A stretch of 64,000 nucleotides of DNA, from positions 128,001-192,000 of the forward strand of contig CAVRAO010000012.1 of NCBI GenBank assembly GCA_963719035.1. The letters run 5' to 3'. How positions within the stretch are numbered: the stretch's first letter is position 1; every line of letters starts with the position of its first letter. This stretch comes from Methanobacteriota archaeon (lineage in GTDB: Archaea; Halobacteriota; Bog-38; Methanoflorentales; Methanoflorentaceae). The position numbers were made by a program, and so were the translations under genes. The notes beneath the pieces are model-generated. The model ran no database searches, was not told where the DNA came from, and worked only from the letters and a program-made list of their open reading frames with translations. Below are positions 19,475 to 29,332 of this stretch, piece after piece.

Positions 19475-19774
19475 TGAAATTCCTCCTCTTTCCTGAGGTC
19501 CTTTGAACGACCCTTCATGGCCAGCACGGAAAGACTCCTTATAACTGTTACGTTGATAATCGGTAGCAGTTCGAAGCAAAGCCTATTGAGGCTATGTGCC
19601 ATTTGCAGCAAAAAACAACGCTGAAGTCTCCAGAATCTTTTCTGGCGGTTTGCGAAGAAGCGTCGTGTCAAAAAAGATCAAGGCGCTTTACGCACTTCAT
19701 CTGTCTGGTTAAGCTGTAGTCACTCTGAGGACGACTGCCTTAAAAGTTCAAACCTATCCCTTGCGCTTAAAATA

Positions 19775-19930
19775 TTAGCTTGAAATCTTGCTTTCGGCAG
19801 GCCATACCTCTTGTTTTGCCGTGTGTTCATTTTTTTCGATGCAAAACGGACATAAGGTGTAGCCATTAAAAGGGTTCATTCGTACCGGCTTGCCACAGCA
19901 GGTACATATTAACATTTCTGCCTCGGTCAT
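19775..19930 (-). CDS. 51-aa zinc-finger microprotein (CxCCG...CPFC)
   Basis: MTEAEMLICTCCGKPVRMNPFNGYTLCPFCIEK...; GAGGGG SD; not in the ORF track. Confidence 0.65.
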   Translation of the reverse strand: MTEAEMLICTCCGKPVRMNPFNGYTLCPFCIEKNEHTAKQEVWPAESKISS

Positions 19931-20130
19931 ATAGATAGCCCCCCTCTTCTTGCGGCGATTTAATTCTGTTGCGGATTACTGGTTTAATCGACTACTCACA
20001 TTTAAGCTTTTCGAAGTTCAGCGTTTTCGCGACCAAAAAACGTTAATCGAGGCATTTTTCAGCCACTGCAGCCCTCAAGCTCAGCGAAGTCCGGTATTTA
20101 TACGACGAGTTGGATACATAATAGTAAGCA

Positions 20131-21321
20131 GTGAGGGTGGCAGGTTTGCTCAAGAGTGCAGCTAAGATTCCTCGCGCCACGTGTCAGCTCTTCGGTGCCA
20201 TAAAGGCGATCAGCAACATTAGAGACAGCGTCATTTTGGTTCACGGCCCTAAAGGTTGCGTTTATCACATCAATTACATACTGGGCATGCGGGGCGACAA
20301 GACCTCGAACGTCTATTCGACCTGCATGGATGAAAAAGACGTCATTTTTGGCGCCGGAGATAAACTCAAAAGCGCAATCATTGAGCTAGATAATGAGTTT
20401 GACCCCGCCCTCATCGCTGTGCTCTCGTGCTGTGCTTCCAGCATTATTGGTGAAGACGTCGAAAGTGTAGTAAAAGACGTTCAGACGAGGGCTAAGATAT
20501 TAGGTATAGACGCTGGTGGGTTTGAAGGTGATTATCGATCTGGCTATAGCGAGACGCTCAGGCGACTCGTTGAAGTGCTCGTTGAGCCCTCCCACACCCG
20601 CGAAAAGCTTTCGGTGAATTTGATTGGCCTGTTGAGGGCGGGCCCAGATCTCAGAGAACTCAAGCGCGTCCTAGCGCTTATCGGCGTCCATGTCAACGCA
20701 GTTCTTACGGCAGGTGCTACTATACGTCAGATCGAACACACAGCCTCGGCAGCCTTGAATGTGGTCCTCTGCGAGGCTACTGGCAAGGATGCCGCAGAGC
20801 AGTTGGAAAAGCAGTTCGGAATGCCGTATATTATAGAAGAGCTCCCTATTGGCTATGAAGCCACGTTGCGCTTTCTTGCCCGTGTAGCCGATGCGCTCGG
20901 CATCTCAATGGATCTGGAAGCTATATCTCCTAAGCACCGCATCGAAGCTCCCCAAATGATCGGCAAACGGGTCGCGGTGATGGGTGGTCCGACGCGGGCT
21001 ATTTCCGTTACAAAATTCCTCAAGGAGTACGGCGTTGAACCAGTGCTCGTCGTATCAGACTTTGACGTTAACACGGCCGAACGACTGAGTGGCATCATAA
21101 GTGACCGATGCGAGGTACTTATCGCTCCGGAACACGAGCTCATTCTCGAGCGATGCAAAGCGCAGCACGTCGATCTGATCCTCGGTGGGATGCTCGAGCG
21201 ACCGATCGCGTCACGTCTCGGTGTCGCGCATCTCGACATCATGCACGGAAGTGAAAAAACCGTCGGTTTTGCCGGTGCTGATGCACTCCTCAAACGATTG
21301 AAGGGTGAAGAACAGACGTGA
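20131..21321 (+). CDS. Nitrogenase component 1 family oxidoreductase (stand-alone NifD/E-like)
   Basis: TCQLFGA, VHGPKGC, ST.MDE.DVIFG, SCCASSIIGED: three conserved Fe-S Cys positions. Confidence 0.9.
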   Translation: MRVAGLLKSAAKIPRATCQLFGAIKAISNIRDSVILVHGPKGCVYHINYILGMRGDKTSNVYSTCMDEKDVIFGAGDKLKSAIIELDNEFDPALIAVLSCCASSIIGEDVESVVKDVQTRAKILGIDAGGFEGDYRSGYSETLRRLVEVLVEPSHTREKLSVNLIGLLRAGPDLRELKRVLALIGVHVNAVLTAGATIRQIEHTASAALNVVLCEATGKDAAEQLEKQFGMPYIIEELPIGYEATLRFLARVADALGISMDLEAISPKHRIEAPQMIGKRVAVMGGPTRAISVTKFLKEYGVEPVLVVSDFDVNTAERLSGIISDRCEVLIAPEHELILERCKAQHVDLILGGMLERPIASRLGVAHLDIMHGSEKTVGFAGADALLKRLKGEEQT

Positions 21322-21809
21322 TCACAGAGGGATGTTTAGTCAAAAGCGAAGCGATTCGCGGAACGGTTGGTGCAATTATCCCGTACAAGGAGCGCACGTG
21401 TGCGATTACTGCAGGTCACGTTATCCGCTATGGTAGCGGTGGAGTCGGCACCAAAGTCGTCGTAGACGGATACGAAAGCACGGTCATCTGCCTCTTAAAT
21501 GACTATGATCTGGCGTTAATTGAGGTCCCCCATGAGCATGCAACGCTCTCAACAATTGGGCGTGCCTCCTTCGGTCCAGCTGAACTCGTCACTTACGATC
21601 GACGCATCACATGTCGGGTAATCAACACTGGAAAAAACCTCAACCTATTTGCATTTCCGTGTGGGAACATGCCCACGCCTGGAGACAGCGGTGCCCCGAT
21701 CATCCAGAAGGACGAGGTTATAGGGCTGCTTTCGTCAGTGTTGTACAACAACTGCACCGGGCTTGGAATCTCCTCTGAGGTCTTCGGTAATCCGTTGCGT
21801 TTGAGATAA
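21318..21809 (+). CDS. Minimal trypsin-like (S1) serine protease
   Basis: Catalytic triad motifs TAGHV, DLALI, GDSGAP; GTGA overlap with the upstream gene. Confidence 0.8.
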   Translation: MITEGCLVKSEAIRGTVGAIIPYKERTCAITAGHVIRYGSGGVGTKVVVDGYESTVICLLNDYDLALIEVPHEHATLSTIGRASFGPAELVTYDRRITCRVINTGKNLNLFAFPCGNMPTPGDSGAPIIQKDEVIGLLSSVLYNNCTGLGISSEVFGNPLRLR

Positions 21810-21820
21810 CCAGCCAGTGA

Positions 21821-22807
21821 CTACACGCTCGGTCCGGAAGCGGATAAGTGTTCGTAACCTTCGGCCTTAAGCTCGTGTAAGACCCCATCGACGTCGAGCT
21901 GCATCTCAGATGCCGTGACTTTACCGATGATGGTGTAAGGAATGGGGATAGCGGCTAATCGCTCCTGTTTCGCTGTGAAAAGAAGTTCATAGTCACCGCC
22001 GCGATATACGGAAAGCGTGAGCTCATCCCATCGGTCGCTGCTTACCGATTTTGCCTCCTCGCTTATGGGAAGCGCAGCCGCCCGCACACAGAAGCCGCAG
22101 TTGCTTGACTTTGACAGCTCGTACAGAGAGAGACTGAGTCCATCACTTGTGTCGATGAGTGCGGTCACCGCGCCCGAATCGGCGAGCGCTTGTCCATAGA
22201 CAATTCTCGGCTGCGGCTCGAATAATTTCTTAAGGGCACTTTCCCGTAAGTGATGGTCTGCATATCGACTGTCGAGCAACATTCTAACGCCGGCGGCAGC
22301 GACGCCTAGTTCCCCCGTCACACATACTACATCTCCGACTTTTGCCCCTGCACGCGTAAGCATCTGATGCTGATTTACACTGCCTATAGCCGTGCCGACG
22401 AGCGTGAGTTCCTCGTGCTCATCGGTGTCGCCACCAAGAAGTGTGGTTCCGTTTTGCGTACAACACGCGTTACAGCCACGCATAACGTCAAGTGCAAAAG
22501 ACACTTCAGTATCGCGGGGAATGCCCATGGCCATCGTCACGCCGATAGGCGAAGCCCCCATCGCGGCGACGTCACTTAAAGTCGCGGCTGTGGCCATCCA
22601 TCCAACCTGATAACCCGACATCTCGCGTGGAAAATGCGTTTTTTTATGCAACATATCGGTCGTGACGACCAAATATCGGTCACCGTACGCGATTGCCGAA
22701 CAATCGTCAGCCCCTGGACAGAGCACTGCTGTACATTCAATCAACTCAGCTATCAGATTTACCAGCGCCCGCTCACCAAGTTCACCGACCTTCATCCGCT
22801 TTGTCAC
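21821..22807 (-). CDS. thiL: Thiamine-monophosphate kinase
   Basis: GE..L, DDC, TTDML...THF, SD.AAMG, GGDT, DTSDGL, GDYELLFT. Confidence 0.95.
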   Translation of the reverse strand: MTKRMKVGELGERALVNLIAELIECTAVLCPGADDCSAIAYGDRYLVVTTDMLHKKTHFPREMSGYQVGWMATAATLSDVAAMGASPIGVTMAMGIPRDTEVSFALDVMRGCNACCTQNGTTLLGGDTDEHEELTLVGTAIGSVNQHQMLTRAGAKVGDVVCVTGELGVAAAGVRMLLDSRYADHHLRESALKKLFEPQPRIVYGQALADSGAVTALIDTSDGLSLSLYELSKSSNCGFCVRAAALPISEEAKSVSSDRWDELTLSVYRGGDYELLFTAKQERLAAIPIPYTIIGKVTASEMQLDVDGVLHELKAEGYEHLSASGPSV

Positions 22808-22870
22808 GTGAGCATTTATACCCGATAAGCGCTTCTACTCAGCAGCGCAGTGAGCCCGAGGTCGATTCTC

Positions 22871-23731
22871 ATGAAGGTATTTCCCGAATGTATCCCGTGT
22901 CTCACGTCGCGGGTGCTGTACAAAGCGAAGTTATCAACGAACGATGTTAAAACACAGCTCAAAGCTGAAGAGGCTGCAGCAAAAGCGATGTGCAGTACGG
23001 GGTTTGACGGCCCTATAGCACTGCTCTCGACAGACGTGCACAGAGCGGTGTACCGAGTGCTTGGCAATGACGATCCGTACCGCGAGGTGAAACGACTTGC
23101 CAACGAGACCGCGGTCAAACTCTTACCGACGGTTCGGTCAAATATTCAAATGAGCCGCGATCCCTTTCGCAGCGCTGTCATTGCCTCGATTATTGGGAAT
23201 ACCTTTGATTTTGGCGTACTTGGTTTTGAAGTAGCAACTGACGATTTTGAAAAGGAAGTCGCCACGATCTACCGACATGGGTTAGACATCGATGACACGG
23301 ACGCCATCAAGACACTCATCAAAGATGTAGTATACATCGCTGATAACGTCGGAGAGATTGTATATGACGGCCTTCTCATAGAGCAGCTACGCAAACTTGG
23401 CGGACAGGTAACTCTCGTCGTACGCGGAGGCTATATCCTCACGGATGCTACGATTGAGGATGTTTGGGAGTTCGGACTAGACAAAGTCGCGGACCGAGTC
23501 CTGACGACGGGTTCAAACGCGATCGGCATCAAACTCGATGAGATCCCGACTGAGTTGAGCGAGATTTTGCCCCGAGCTTCGCTTATTATCGCAAAAGGGA
23601 TGGCTAATTATGAAATGCTCTCTGAATATCCCTTTAAACCAGTCGCCTATTTGATGAGGGTAAAGTGCGCGCCCGTTGCAGAATCGGTAGGGGCAAACGT
23701 CGGTGATTTCATTGCGAAACTTGTGCGGTAA
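22871..23731 (+). CDS. Damage-control phosphatase, ARMT1/DUF89 family
   Basis: ECIPC, DPY...K, GN.FD, DN.GE, KGMANYE, KC; start ATG 22871. Confidence 0.92.
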   Translation: MKVFPECIPCLTSRVLYKAKLSTNDVKTQLKAEEAAAKAMCSTGFDGPIALLSTDVHRAVYRVLGNDDPYREVKRLANETAVKLLPTVRSNIQMSRDPFRSAVIASIIGNTFDFGVLGFEVATDDFEKEVATIYRHGLDIDDTDAIKTLIKDVVYIADNVGEIVYDGLLIEQLRKLGGQVTLVVRGGYILTDATIEDVWEFGLDKVADRVLTTGSNAIGIKLDEIPTELSEILPRASLIIAKGMANYEMLSEYPFKPVAYLMRVKCAPVAESVGANVGDFIAKLVR

Positions 23732-23740
23732 GATGGGTAG

Positions 23741-24532
23741 CTAACGCACAAACAGGAACGCAACCGCGTTGTTGAGCACGTGTAGCGTAATCGGAGCCAT
23801 TAGATTGCCCGTCTTCTCGTACACATACGCAAGAACGACACCTATAACGAATAACGGGGCAGCGGCCAGCAGCTCCAAATGGATGACCGAAAAGAGCGCA
23901 GCGCTCAGAACGATCGCATATGAAGGTTTGAAGCGATCCCTGAAAGCTTTGTAGAGGTACCCCCGAAACACGACCTCTTCTGCGATGGGGGCAATTATAA
24001 CCCCCGATAAGAAGACGATGGGCAAAAGTCCCGGAACGGCGGCAGAAAGCGACAAGGCTTCTTGAGTCGGGTCGACGCCGAACTCTTGTTGGATGGGGTA
24101 GCCGACGATGCCAGCCAGGATAAAGGCAACAATGAATCCCACCACGCCGTAGAGGAGCGCTTTTGGAAGTTTATTCGTGATAAATCCAAGTGACGAGAGC
24201 CTCTCTTTGTAGAAACCGAGGACGACTGCTACGATGAGTGCAATGGAAACGATGTTTGCGACGTTCAGCAACCAGAAGGTCCCTGCAGTAATACTTCCAC
24301 TGGTTACGCCGAGCTCGTCGCTGGAAGTGATTACACCCGTAGCGATGAGGATCGGCGGCAAAAACAGCGATACACTGAACTGACCGACTAAATACAGCAA
24401 AATGCCCAGGACGATTGACCACTTCTTCTTCGGTGGTCCACGCGGCACGTAGACGTCGTATGGACTCGTCGGATGGAACTCATCCCAATCGATGGCAGCT
24501 ACAGGCTCTCCGTTTTTGTAATCTGCGGGCAT
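23741..24532 (-). CDS. CPBP family intramembrane metalloprotease (CAAX/Abi)
   Basis: EEVVFRG, FSVIH, H.LNN. Confidence 0.92.
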   Translation of the reverse strand: MPADYKNGEPVAAIDWDEFHPTSPYDVYVPRGPPKKKWSIVLGILLYLVGQFSVSLFLPPILIATGVITSSDELGVTSGSITAGTFWLLNVANIVSIALIVAVVLGFYKERLSSLGFITNKLPKALLYGVVGFIVAFILAGIVGYPIQQEFGVDPTQEALSLSAAVPGLLPIVFLSGVIIAPIAEEVVFRGYLYKAFRDRFKPSYAIVLSAALFSVIHLELLAAAPLFVIGVVLAYVYEKTGNLMAPITLHVLNNAVAFLFVR

Positions 24533-24708
24533 CTTGCTACTCTCGTAGCTAACATGGCTGCCTGTTTATAAACCCTTGTACCTTGCGAGGCCCGGCGCCC
24601 CTTGACGAGCGAATACAGCCCGAAATACAATTACACCGTCTGACGGTATCTTTATGAGCTTGAGCGATCACATGTAATTAGATACGAACAATTAGGTGAT
24701 TACTTAAC

Positions 24709-25596
24709 ATGAAAGGTAAGTGGGGCAGCGATATCGGCCTTTCAGCACGTATGCTGCTGACGATGATGTTGCTTGGGCTCGTTTACGTCGCGTTCATTGG
24801 CATCATCTTACTCTACGTGGGTAACATTGCGTTTGTAGCCATCTTCGTCGCGCTGTTTCTCGGAGCGCAGTATTACTTCTCCGACCGGTTAGTGCTCGCT
24901 GCGAGTGGCGCCCGCATCGTGAGCGAAGATGAAGCTCCCGAGCTCCATAGTGCGATTGAACGCCTGTGTGCAATGGCAGACCTTCCAAAGCCGAAGGTGG
25001 CCATAGCAAACAGCCCCGTTCCGAACGCCTTTGCGACCGGCAGAAATCAAAAGCACGCGGTAGTGGCGGTGACGAGTTCCCTCCTCCAACAACTCGAAGA
25101 GCCTGAAATTGAGGCCGTGCTGGCGCACGAGCTGTCACACGTCAAGAACAGGGACATGTTGGTTATGACCGTCGCGAGCTTCGTCACGACGATTGCGGGC
25201 TTCCTCATGCGTTATTGGTTCTTTATTGGCGCGGGTGGCAACCGGAGGGACAACAATATCATCATCTTTTTTGTTGCACTCGCCGCGATATGGATTATCA
25301 GCTTCTTGATCACGCGGGCGCTCTCGCGGTACCGCGAGTATGCAGCTGACAGGGGCTCTGCCATTATAACAGCGCACCCCGCGAACCTCGCCAGTGCGCT
25401 CCTAAAAATCAGCGGCTACGTCGCGCGCGTTCCAACGGAAGACATCCGTAAAGTTGAGGGCATAAGTCAATTCTTCATTATACCGGCGATATCGAGAGGC
25501 TCTGCGCTGAGCCTTCTATCGACCCATCCACCCATCGAAAAGCGGATTGAGCGACTGCGGCAGATGGAGGCGCAGCTCGCTGGACAGAGCGCCTAA
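24709..25596 (+). CDS. htpX: Zinc metalloprotease HtpX
   Basis: PNAFATG, HELSH, SRYREY.AD, STHPP. Confidence 0.95.
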   Translation: MKGKWGSDIGLSARMLLTMMLLGLVYVAFIGIILLYVGNIAFVAIFVALFLGAQYYFSDRLVLAASGARIVSEDEAPELHSAIERLCAMADLPKPKVAIANSPVPNAFATGRNQKHAVVAVTSSLLQQLEEPEIEAVLAHELSHVKNRDMLVMTVASFVTTIAGFLMRYWFFIGAGGNRRDNNIIIFFVALAAIWIISFLITRALSRYREYAADRGSAIITAHPANLASALLKISGYVARVPTEDIRKVEGISQFFIIPAISRGSALSLLSTHPPIEKRIERLRQMEAQLAGQSA

Positions 25597-25614
25597 CGGG
25601 GAGTGAGTCGGTCG

Positions 25615-26352
25615 CTAAGTGTGTCGCTGTGTTGTGAGTTCGACCATCTCTACGACTTCTGCCATATCATAAATCTCAAAATCGGGACGCACTCCGTTCG
25701 TTGGTGTGCGCTGTCTTTTGTTATACCATATAGTGGTCAGCCCTGCTTTTTTTGCTCCGCAAATGTCGGATATGATCGAATCTCCGACAAAAGCAGCCTT
25801 TTCACGCGCTACTCCCATCTTCTGGAGGGTCTCGTTGAATATTCGGGGATGAGGTTTGTAGACTTCGAGCTCTTCGGAGGTGACGATCACGTCAAAAAGG
25901 TCGGAGATTCCGTTGAGATGAGCCGAAAGCTCCGCTGTGTCTCCGTTTGAAACCATTCCGAGCCGGATACCATTTGCATAGAGCGTATCGAGCGTCTTTT
26001 TGACGTTCGGGAGGATTGTAACCGCTTCGTCGAGCATTTTTTTATAGACACAGTTTAGCTCCTGAATGTAAGTGGCCCGCACACGTATCCCGTAACGATG
26101 AAAGACGTTCTGTGTGCTAATTCCATAAAGATCGCGCATATTTCTAAACTCGCCGCAGTAAGCGATCACGTCGTGAAAAGCGAGTTCAAATTCTTTATTC
26201 CAGTATGCGTTGAACTCGTCCACTGAGGTTGCGACGCCGAACAACGTTCTTGACTGTTGGACGACGTGTTGGGTAATATCGCGGTGATACGTTCCGACAT
26301 CGAGCACGGTGCCATAAGCGTCAAAGAGAATGGCTTCAGTGTCAGTCATCAA
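25615..26352 (-). CDS. HAD-family hydrolase
   Basis: FDAYGT, SNG, KP, GDS...D. Confidence 0.9.
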   Translation of the reverse strand: MMTDTEAILFDAYGTVLDVGTYHRDITQHVVQQSRTLFGVATSVDEFNAYWNKEFELAFHDVIAYCGEFRNMRDLYGISTQNVFHRYGIRVRATYIQELNCVYKKMLDEAVTILPNVKKTLDTLYANGIRLGMVSNGDTAELSAHLNGISDLFDVIVTSEELEVYKPHPRIFNETLQKMGVAREKAAFVGDSIISDICGAKKAGLTTIWYNKRQRTPTNGVRPDFEIYDMAEVVEMVELTTQRHT

Positions 26353-26553
26353 CTAACGGTTTGCGTGCTGAGGTAAATAGCTATTTGTAAGGGAAAACGG
26401 CCCTGAGCTTATTAAGGGCTAAGCTTTATGCTTGTCTGTTTGCTCGACGAGTGTTTTGAATGCTGCTCGCGTAAAGCACTGCATACGGGTGTGACCTCTG
26501 ATATGCTAGGGGGCATTTTTATCTACTGATGAGGCAACATGCGAAAGCAATAG

Positions 26554-26802
26554 ATGCACTCTGATGAGAAACATACGAAGACGGTAAAAATCCGCTTGCA
26601 CGAGTTGCGAGAAGATTCGGATGCAGCCGAACTCGTCAAATTTCTTGCACGGCGAAAAGGAATACTAAAAGTTGAAGTAATCGCTGATTTGTTCACTGTT
26701 TACGTCAATTACGATGAGCGTCTAACATCACCAGCGCAGATCATTGCGGATTTGAGCAGCATTCGTTTTACCCCAGAAGGCTCCACTATCCTCAATGGAT
26801 AG
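26554..26802 (+). CDS. Heavy-metal-associated (HMA)-like domain protein lacking CxxC
   Basis: KGI..V.V......V.V.YD....S...I pattern. Confidence 0.6.
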   Translation: MHSDEKHTKTVKIRLHELREDSDAAELVKFLARRKGILKVEVIADLFTVYVNYDERLTSPAQIIADLSSIRFTPEGSTILNG

Positions 26803-26903
26803 CATCATCGATGCAATAAGAATGAAAAATCGCTAAGCGCACGAGCGTCGTAACTTCTCTCCGCCGCACGAAAAAATTTCGACGAGACTAACGGTCAATT
26901 GTT

Positions 26904-27461
26904 ATGGGATTTCTGGACTCACTGCTCGGACGGACAAAGGGTATAGCTCCAAAAGTGGCCGGTTTGTTTTCAATCGCGACTGTCTATATCACGCTAAGCA
27001 CTGAGTTTAGCTTGAGCCCGACGGGAAAGGCAGGGATCTGCTTCAAGCCCGTTGAATCAGGCGGCTTTGCTGAGTGTGAGAACGAGATTGTTGAATTGCT
27101 TAAAATAAGCGAAACCGCTTTTGAGATCAAACAAGATGAGTTTGGCTACGCGTGGGTTATCGTTTCTGACGTGCAGTTTGAAAATGTAGTAGCCGATATC
27201 CACGAGGTGAGCTCAACGCTTATCGACGGCGGATATGGCGAACAGATCCTATGCGCGGTTTTCCCTTTTCGGAACCAAAAGAGTGTTTTTTGGATTTACA
27301 ACTACAAACGTGGAAAGTTTTACCCATTTGTGCCTGTCGAACCGAAGCAACACAAACGCGACTATGCCTACGAGTTCAGACTTCGGTCAGTCTTGCAGCG
27401 TGAACTGCCGATAGAACAAGAACTCGAGCGTTGGTATCCTCTTTGGGATGTGCCGCTTTAG
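26904..27461 (+). CDS. pspAB: PspA-associated protein PspAB
   Basis: MGFLDSLLG, G.AGICF, D.FGY.W, YNYKRG.FYPF.P, E.EL.RWYPLW..P. Confidence 0.85.
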   Translation: MGFLDSLLGRTKGIAPKVAGLFSIATVYITLSTEFSLSPTGKAGICFKPVESGGFAECENEIVELLKISETAFEIKQDEFGYAWVIVSDVQFENVVADIHEVSSTLIDGGYGEQILCAVFPFRNQKSVFWIYNYKRGKFYPFVPVEPKQHKRDYAYEFRLRSVLQRELPIEQELERWYPLWDVPL

Positions 27462-27468
27462 TTCGTGG

Positions 27469-27748
27469 CTAGTCGGGAATAATACCCTCCTTGGTGAACA
27501 ACTTACGCGCCTCTTCTGGTGTGATATCAGGCGACGGAACAATCAGATCTGATGGGAGGATTTCTGCCGGATCGAGCGGCGTTCCCTTCTCTCGAATGGT
27601 GTGGATCATTTCGTGCAGACATGCTACTAAACTCGTCGACCTCCTCGTTGCTGAGGTGATCGACCATGCAGTTGTCGAGCTCATTGAGTTTATCGAGATA
27701 CTTGGTGTCGAGCACGTACTGGTTGTCGCCGAGGATTCGCACTATCAT
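27469..27748 (-). pseudogene. pspAA: PspA-associated protein PspAA with an apparent 1-nt insertion near 27620
   Basis: MIVRILGDNQY...LNELDN in one frame; LHEMI..IR..G.PL....I.PSDLI.P..D.T.EE...LF..EGIIP in another. Confidence 0.8.
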
Positions 27749-28485
27749 TGCTGTGCCTCCTGGGTCTCTTCCGTCTTAGCTTTCTTCTTTGTAGGGACCT
27801 CTTGCTTCAGAATTTTGAGCTCTTGATCGACCTCTGCGCTCGACTTAATCTTGCTGAGCTCCTCTTCGACCTTTGTCTGATCTCCCGTCAAATCCTGGAG
27901 CGTACCGGCGTCAATAAGCTCATCGAGCGCCTGTGATCGTGCTTTCATTGATTCTGTCTTTTCCTCAGCACGTTGAACTGACATCCCGACGTCGGCCATT
28001 TCCTCAGAGATCCCAGTAACAGATTCAGTTATTTTGACTTGCGCTTCTGCAGCTGAATATTGCGCCTTTATGGTCTCCTTCTTCGTTCGGAACGCCTCGA
28101 CTTTGGCAGAAAGTCTCCTTTCAGTGCTCACGAGCTTTGTCTGTTCATTTTCGAGATCAGCAATCTGTGCAGTGAGTGATTCGATCTGCGCCATGGAGTC
28201 TTTTTTCCGTTCGAGCGCAATACGGGCGAGATCGTCGCGTCCAAGGCTTACCGCCTCTCGCGCCTGATTGTTCAGGCTTTCGATGTTTGACTCGAGTTTT
28301 GCTTTCTGAAGTTCAAGCCTCTTCTTCGCCGTAACGACGTCGGCAATGCCACGCTTAACATTGGTTAACAGCTCGAGCTGCTTTTCATAAGAGTAATCGA
28401 GCGTTTCACGTGGGTCCTCGTGCCGATCAAGAAATGTACTGATCTTTGCCTTAATCATCGTCATGAGACGATCCAATATTCCCAT
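27745..28485 (-). CDS. pspA: PspA/IM30 family protein
   Basis: EDPRETLDYSYEK, GR.DLAR.AL.RK, ARA/S.ALDEL coiled coil. Confidence 0.93.
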   Translation of the reverse strand: MGILDRLMTMIKAKISTFLDRHEDPRETLDYSYEKQLELLTNVKRGIADVVTAKKRLELQKAKLESNIESLNNQAREAVSLGRDDLARIALERKKDSMAQIESLTAQIADLENEQTKLVSTERRLSAKVEAFRTKKETIKAQYSAAEAQVKITESVTGISEEMADVGMSVQRAEEKTESMKARSQALDELIDAGTLQDLTGDQTKVEEELSKIKSSAEVDQELKILKQEVPTKKKAKTEETQEAQQ

Positions 28486-28625
28486 TTTTTCTCCTCCGTG
28501 TAGCCAGGGTAGCGTATCTTATACAGTCTAATTCGTCAATTGTGCTCCTTGACTAAATAGCTTCGTTGTTGCAGAGGCACGATGAAATCGAAACGCCTAA
28601 ACCCAATCCATTCATCTGTTCCCCC

Positions 28626-29315
28626 ATGGAGCCCTCATATATAGCAAAGGAAGCAGCCGGAAGGTCAATCGCCGAATTGGTCGAAGACGGAATGGTCATA
28701 GGGCTCGGAACTGGGACCACTGTGGCTCGTGCGATCGCCCATCTGGGGAGACGTATCGTTGACGAGGGGCTTTCCATTGCGGGTGTTCCAACGTCTCATC
28801 AGTCGATGCTGCTTGCGGTGAAGCATCGTGTCCCACTTACGACGTTGTACGAGCATGAATTCGTTGATATCGCCCTCGACGGCGCTGATCAGGTCGATGC
28901 ACGCCTTAACCTCATTAAAGGCGGCGGAGGGGCCCATACGCGCGAGAAAATAGTTGCGCGCTCGGCGAGGCGGTTCTGTGTTGCAGTCGATGCTTCAAAA
29001 CTGGCGTCGCGTTTGAATTTGCCCGTGCCGCTCGAAGTGCTGCCCATTGCATGTCCGCTCGTTCAGAACGAGGTCAATCGAATGGGGGCCACTGCAAAAC
29101 TAAGGCAATCTGAGAAAAATCGCGTCTCGGTTACCGATCAGGGGAACCTTATCCTTGACGCGGACTTCGGAGTAATCAAGAATCCAGAAAAGTTAGCAAA
29201 GGAGCTATCCACTATAACTGGAGTAGTGGAACACGGCATTTTTGTTGAGGTCAGTGAGGTGCACGTCGCGCGACTCGCTGGAAAAGCTGCCTCAGTTGAG
29301 ATCTTGATGAGGTAG
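28626..29315 (+). CDS. rpiA: Ribose-5-phosphate isomerase A
   Basis: GLGTGTT, DGADQVD, KGGGGA.TREK, GVVEHG.F. Confidence 0.95.
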   Translation: MEPSYIAKEAAGRSIAELVEDGMVIGLGTGTTVARAIAHLGRRIVDEGLSIAGVPTSHQSMLLAVKHRVPLTTLYEHEFVDIALDGADQVDARLNLIKGGGGAHTREKIVARSARRFCVAVDASKLASRLNLPVPLEVLPIACPLVQNEVNRMGATAKLRQSEKNRVSVTDQGNLILDADFGVIKNPEKLAKELSTITGVVEHGIFVEVSEVHVARLAGKAASVEILMR

Positions 29316-29332
29316 TTCAAACGCTGAGTGGA

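Noticed and set aside
20131-21321. Calling this gene cfbD or nifD/nifE
   Set aside because: It lacks the CfbD N-terminal signature and any nif operon context, so it is left as a family-level call.
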